From Fibrobacterota bacterium (lineage in GTDB: Bacteria > Fibrobacterota > Fibrobacteria > UBA5070), in assembly GCA_029557215.1 (NCBI GenBank), contig JAKPQQ010000242.1, positions 1,399-65,398 of the forward strand: a stretch of 64,000 nucleotides of DNA. Direction: 5' to 3'. The position numbers and the translations under genes were made by a program. Below the pieces are notes generated by a model. That model was not told the DNA's origin and did not search any database. It was given only the letters and a program-made list of their open reading frames with translations. Below are positions 61,225 to 64,000 of the stretch, one piece after another (the stretch's first letter is position 1; every line of letters starts with the position of its first letter).

Positions 61225-62631
61225 TTATGTGCGAAGACGGCGGAAGATCTCGTCCATACTGCGCAGAAGAATCGCGATGTCCAGCAGGAACGAACGCAGT
61301 CGCAGGTATTGGAGATCCAGCTCCAATTCTTCGGCCGGATCCAGCTCCCGGCGAGGGTCGATCTTCCACAACCCCGTGAATCCGGGCCGCAACCCAAGCC
61401 GGAACCGATGCCGCGGTTCCAGCGTCGCGGCCTCCCGAAGCCCCAGCGGACGGGGTCCGACCATGGAAATCTCCCCGCGGATCACGTTCCAGAGTTCGGG
61501 AGCGATTTCCAGGAGGCTCGCCCGGCAAAACCCGCAGAACGCGGGCAGGCGCTCGTCGCCCGGAATCCGGCGCAGTTCCGGACGGAATTTCGCGGGCAGC
61601 GACCGCAGCCGGAGCAGCCGGAACGGTCGACCATCGACCCCCGCGACCGGAATCCCCACCAAAGCCGTGCCCCCGGTGGCACGCCGCACGAACGGGGCCG
61701 CCAGCAACAGGAGCGGAGCGGCCAGCACCAGCAGCGGCACCGCCAACGCGAGATCCAGGATGCGTTTGCGAAAACGCGCGCCGACCGGCATGGTGGTGGA
61801 CGGCACGCCCAGCAGCGGAACCCCGTCGATGTCCTGCAGTTCGACCAGGGACAAATGCTGTTCCGCAAGGTTGGGGACGATCCGGAAATCGACCCCGCGA
61901 CGTCGGCAGATCGCGAGGATGTCAAGAATCGTCCGGCGCGGAACCTGGGGCAACGCGATGTAGAGCTTCCCGATGGTTCCTTCCGACAACAACGCATCCA
62001 GACGCGAAAAATCGCCCAGGACGGGAACGCCTTCCACCTGCCGAACGGCCTCGCCCGGTCCATCGTCCACGAACCCCACGACATGGACACCCGATTCCGG
62101 CTGTCGCCGCAGTTCCCGAACCAGACGGATTCCGGTTTCGCCGGCTCCGTAGACCAAGGCGGCGACCTCGCCCACACCCGCCCGGCGCAGACGCTCCCCG
62201 ATCCAATGGAATCCGCGCCTTCCCAGATGCACCGATGGCAATACCATCGCCCAGATCGACAAGAGCAGCGGAACGGAAACAGGAACGCCCATCAGGAACA
62301 GCAACAGGCGGGTGCCCGCCAGAGCGGTGATCCAGGCCCGCAGAACCCCTCGGTGCTCGTGCAGATCCAGAAGCGACCGGTGGGGGACGTAGAGGCCGAA
62401 CAGCCCGATGCAAAGCAGAAGAACGACCTCGCCCACGACCACGATCTCGTCGATCCGGTCGGGCAACGCCGAAGGGGCGTCCTTGGACAGCGCGAACCAG
62501 ACCACGAGCCCCAGCGCCTGGCCGCAGAGCGACGCGACGAGATCGATCAGGATGCGCAACGCCGTCATCCATTTCTGGAAGTTCGGGATCTCGGAGATCC
62601 CCGTCGGGCGTCTTGGGTTGGGTTCGCGCAT
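61225..62631 (-). CDS. Polyprenyl-phosphate glycosyl-phosphotransferase-like protein (WbaP/EPS sugar transferase family), divergent catalytic motif
   Basis: Four to five N-terminal TM helices, a CoA-binding-like Rossmann segment (LVYGAGETGIRLVRELR, VVGFVDD), and a C-terminal bacterial sugar-transferase domain (KRILDLALAVPLLVLAAPLLLL...ISMVGPRP). Start at Met 62631 is inferred. Confidence 0.72.
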   Translation of the reverse strand: MREPNPRRPTGISEIPNFQKWMTALRILIDLVASLCGQALGLVVWFALSKDAPSALPDRIDEIVVVGEVVLLLCIGLFGLYVPHRSLLDLHEHRGVLRAWITALAGTRLLLFLMGVPVSVPLLLSIWAMVLPSVHLGRRGFHWIGERLRRAGVGEVAALVYGAGETGIRLVRELRRQPESGVHVVGFVDDGPGEAVRQVEGVPVLGDFSRLDALLSEGTIGKLYIALPQVPRRTILDILAICRRRGVDFRIVPNLAEQHLSLVELQDIDGVPLLGVPSTTMPVGARFRKRILDLALAVPLLVLAAPLLLLAAPFVRRATGGTALVGIPVAGVDGRPFRLLRLRSLPAKFRPELRRIPGDERLPAFCGFCRASLLEIAPELWNVIRGEISMVGPRPLGLREAATLEPRHRFRLGLRPGFTGLWKIDPRRELDPAEELELDLQYLRLRSFLLDIAILLRSMDEIFRRLRT

Positions 62632-62725
62632 CGATCCGTCGGCGTTGGTGTAAAGGCTCCGCCCAGGAAAGAAAGACGACCGAAGGGGAACCGGCCAGTG
62701 GTGGCACCGTGGTATTTTTGGAGCC

Positions 62726-62974
62726 ATGCAAGATCCCGTCGAAGCCACGACCGCTCTTTTGGACCAGATGATCCAGCAGCAGACCGCCAAGGTCCTGGCC
62801 TTGGGACGCAAATGGGTCCCCCACGCCACCGACGAGGACCTGCGCAACGCGGAAGACTTCAAGATCCTCAAGGACAAGCCGATCTTCCACTACGAAGACG
62901 GCATCCTGGCGGGGCTGATCGCCGCCCGCACCGCCCTGCTCCACGAGATCCGCTCGCGCCGAACGGTGGAATAA
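62726..62974 (+). CDS. Hypothetical small protein (82 aa)
   Basis: Balanced amino-acid composition and a strong GC3 bias like true genes here. It is divergent from the sugar transferase. No family recognised. Confidence 0.5.
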   Translation: MQDPVEATTALLDQMIQQQTAKVLALGRKWVPHATDEDLRNAEDFKILKDKPIFHYEDGILAGLIAARTALLHEIRSRRTVE

Positions 62975-63099
62975 GGGAGCCTTTCCCGATCGGGATTCCC
63001 TCGGCGGGCGGCAAGTAAGGTACTTTGCGCCGTTCCATCCAAAGACCGGAGTTCGACTCTCCGGCACCATGCGCTTGTAGGCGCAGCAAGGAACAAGAA

Positions 63100-64000
63100 A
63101 TGTCGTTGAAGTCCCGGATCGCGCCGTTGCTGGCCAGCGTGGAGAACCCCTACCGCTACATCGGAGGCGAAACCGGACAGACGGTCAAGGAACACGCCAG
63201 CTCGCGCATGGCCCTGGTGTTCCCCGACATCTACGAACTGGGGATGAGCAACAACGCCATCCGCGTGCTCTACCACATCGTGAACCGCGACCCCCGCTGG
63301 GCCGCCGAGCGCGTGTTCGCCCCCTGGACCGACCTGGGCGCGAAGCTGCGCGAACACGACATCCCGCTGTTCAGCCTGGAATCCCACCGCGCCCTGCACG
63401 AGTTCGACGTCGTGGGCATGACCATCCAGACCGAACTCAACTACACGAACGTCCCCTACGTGCTGGATCTGGGGAAGATCCCGGTGTGGGCGGCCGAACG
63501 CGGCGAATCCGATCCGCTGGTGATCGGCGGCGGACCGTGCATGTCCAACCCCGAGCCCATCGCGCCGTTTTTCGACGCCTTCGTGATCGGCGACGGCGAG
63601 ATCCTGGTGCGCACCATCCTGGAACTGGTGGAGCGCCGCAAGACAGAACAGCGCGACCGCTCCTGGATCCTGGACCAGCTGGCCGCCCTCCCGGGCGTGT
63701 ACGTCCCCTCGCGGATCGAAATGGAAATGGGACCGCAGGGCGACCTGATCCCCAAAGGCATCGACGGCAACGGCCCCTACGGCCGCGCCAAGGGCGTGAA
63801 GCGCACCTGGGTCGAACGGTTGGATCCCGACGATGTTCCCAGGCTCACCCCCACCGCCAACGGCGAGGTGGTGCACGAGCGGTTCGCGGTGGAGCTGTTG
63901 CGCGGCTGCACCCAGGGCTGCAGATTCTGCCAGGCGGGATACTGGTACCGACCCGTCCGGGAATTGTCGCCCGACGACGTGGTCATGATCGCCAAGGAAG
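63100..64000 (+). CDS. B12-binding-domain radical SAM protein, 5' part (runs off the window)
   Basis: Not in the ORF track because it has no stop in the window. Hand translation from ATG 63100: MSLKSRIAPLLASVENPYRYIGGE...VFPDIYELGMSNNAIRVLYH...LRGCTQGCRFCQAGYWYRP (CxxxCxxC radical-SAM motif). Confidence 0.85.
   Translation, partial: MSLKSRIAPLLASVENPYRYIGGETGQTVKEHASSRMALVFPDIYELGMSNNAIRVLYHIVNRDPRWAAERVFAPWTDLGAKLREHDIPLFSLESHRALHEFDVVGMTIQTELNYTNVPYVLDLGKIPVWAAERGESDPLVIGGGPCMSNPEPIAPFFDAFVIGDGEILVRTILELVERRKTEQRDRSWILDQLAALPGVYVPSRIEMEMGPQGDLIPKGIDGNGPYGRAKGVKRTWVERLDPDDVPRLTPTANGEVVHERFAVELLRGCTQGCRFCQAGYWYRPVRELSPDDVVMIAKE

Noticed and set aside
63046-63069. tRNA-like T-arm (CGGAG-TTCGACT-CTCCG followed by GCACCA) upstream of the radical SAM gene
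   Set aside because: The T-arm is perfect. However, I found no complementary 5' acceptor strand (ATGGTGC), D-arm or anticodon arm in the preceding 90 nt, so it is not a tRNA gene. It may be a tRNA-derived remnant or just one of three small hairpins (CCCGATCGGG, this one, and TGCGC-ttgtag-GCGCA) in the 125-nt leader. No integrase or direct repeat supports an att site.

Overview
High-GC (roughly two-thirds G+C by eye) chromosomal segment from a Gram-negative (diderm) bacterium. The evidence for a diderm is lipoproteins, outer-membrane beta-barrels, Tat and periplasmic enzymes, and a T9SS-like tail that may point to the FCB group. I found no transposase, integrase, phage gene or CRISPR array. 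Many very long Arg/Gly/Pro-rich ORFs in the track are GC-driven shadow frames, not genes. Content: (1) About 25 kb (2.4-27.9 kb), almost all on the minus strand, is a nitrate/molybdenum supercluster. It holds modABC, moaC, moeA-moaA-mobBA-moaD-moaE, an unusual Nas-type nitrate reductase unit (DmsB-DmsC fusion, NasA-like enzyme, NasS-like sensor), a variant nap operon, narK, a PP2C-Ser/Thr kinase fusion and nirBD. The nap operon reads napD-napA, a tandem-duplicated tetraheme NapB, a tetraheme lipoprotein, a Tat Fe-S protein, an NrfD-like membrane subunit and an Rrf2 regulator. (2) A frameshifted chrA. (3) A type IV minor-pilin cluster with a 766-aa beta-helical PilX-like protein, plus a 761-aa Ig-repeat lipoprotein. 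(4) A MoxR-DUF58-BatABCD operon. (5) creBCD with two perfect cre-tag boxes. (6) tRNA-Lys abutting mfd. (7) A small secreted Cys/Lys-rich peptide and a U32-family gene. (8) A minus-strand string of aspartate aminotransferase, Ser/Thr kinase and yraN (carrying a G14 tract), followed by two tandem AnfO/NifX-like paralogs that share a covarying hairpin in their leaders. The window ends with HAD hydrolase, sugar transferase and radical SAM genes. The most unusual items are the quinone-anchored Nas-like unit, the Nap variant, the tandem paralog/hairpin/G14 locus and the Cys/Lys peptide.
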